64,000 bases of DNA from positions 19,964,001-20,028,000 of the forward strand of contig OX597833.1 in the NCBI GenBank assembly GCA_951406725.2. Direction: 5' to 3'. Of the stretch, positions 63,548 to 64,000 are shown one piece after another. The translations under genes were made by a program, and so were the position numbers. Source of the DNA: Octopus vulgaris (Eukaryota). The notes under the pieces are model-generated. The model was not told the origin of the DNA and searched no databases. It was given only the letters and a program-made list of their open reading frames with translations. Each line of letters begins with the position of its first letter. The stretch's first letter is position 1.

Positions 63548-63857
63548 AGGACCAATGGAATAAGTACAAGATTGAAAAATAAGTACTGGGGTTGATTTGT
63601 TCAGCTAAAAAGCCTTCAAGACAGGGCCCTGGCTGAAACAAAAAAAAAAAAAGATGAAAAAGACAGCTTACTGTAAAACAAGGTGAATATGTCCGGCCAC
63701 TTAATATCAATAGGATGTGTTCATTAATTATGAGGTGGGCGCGGTAAGAGGTGATGTGTGTAAATGCATTGTTATTACCAGTTCGAATATCCTAGTGGAA
63801 GGTTTGAACTCGTAAACAGGCATTCACTATGTTTTGTCAGGGAGAAAATTTCTCCCT

Positions 63858-64000
63858 GTAGGCGCAGGAGTGGCTGCGTGGTAAGTAGCTTGCTTAGCAA
63901 CCACATGGTTCCAGGTTCAGTCCCACTGTGTGGAACTTTGGGCAAAGTGTCTTTTACTATAGATTCGGGTCGACCAAAGCTTTGTGAGTGGATTTGGTAG
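63858..64000 (+). mobile_element. SINE-A head, runs off the window
   Basis: GTAGGCGCAGGAGTGGCTGCGTGG...GGATTTGGTAG. Confidence 0.9.

Overview
AT-rich, repeat-saturated eukaryotic DNA. The SINE families, RTE and CR1-group LINE relics and very long (TA/CA/TACA)n tracts point to a cephalopod, probably Octopus; this is recognition, not a database result. I cannot support any host protein-coding gene, and most ORF-track entries are microsatellite or SINE artefacts. Contents: one long disabled CR1-group LINE (1.25-3.4 kb), a younger 5'-truncated RTE (54.0-55.3 kb) plus many RTE fragments, more than 25 copies of a tRNA-headed SINE (family A), a second tRNA SINE (family B) forming dimers and trimers, mariner/Tc1/pogo/hAT/piggyBac-type relics, a non-autonomous Helitron and a 167-bp solo-LTR-like insert. 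A SINE-free, CpG-retaining block at about 9.2-14.1 kb has minus-strand splice donors and may be a promoter or 5' exon region. The most striking signal is a set of at least five sequence-unrelated head-to-head foldback (palindromic) elements. They carry minimal type-I hammerhead ribozyme motifs pointing outward, including G3-C8 and U3-A8 core variants, and more lone or tandem hammerhead-like relics occur elsewhere. This fits Penelope-like pLTR relics that would make long dsRNA. Also notable: the SINE-A tail shares sequence and a covarying hairpin with the CR1-group LINE 3' end, the same SINE head also occurs with an RTE tail, an RTE shows a twin-priming-type inversion, and there is a four-level nest (SINE > hAT > Tc1 > LINE). 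Coordinates were read by eye and may be off by a few bases.
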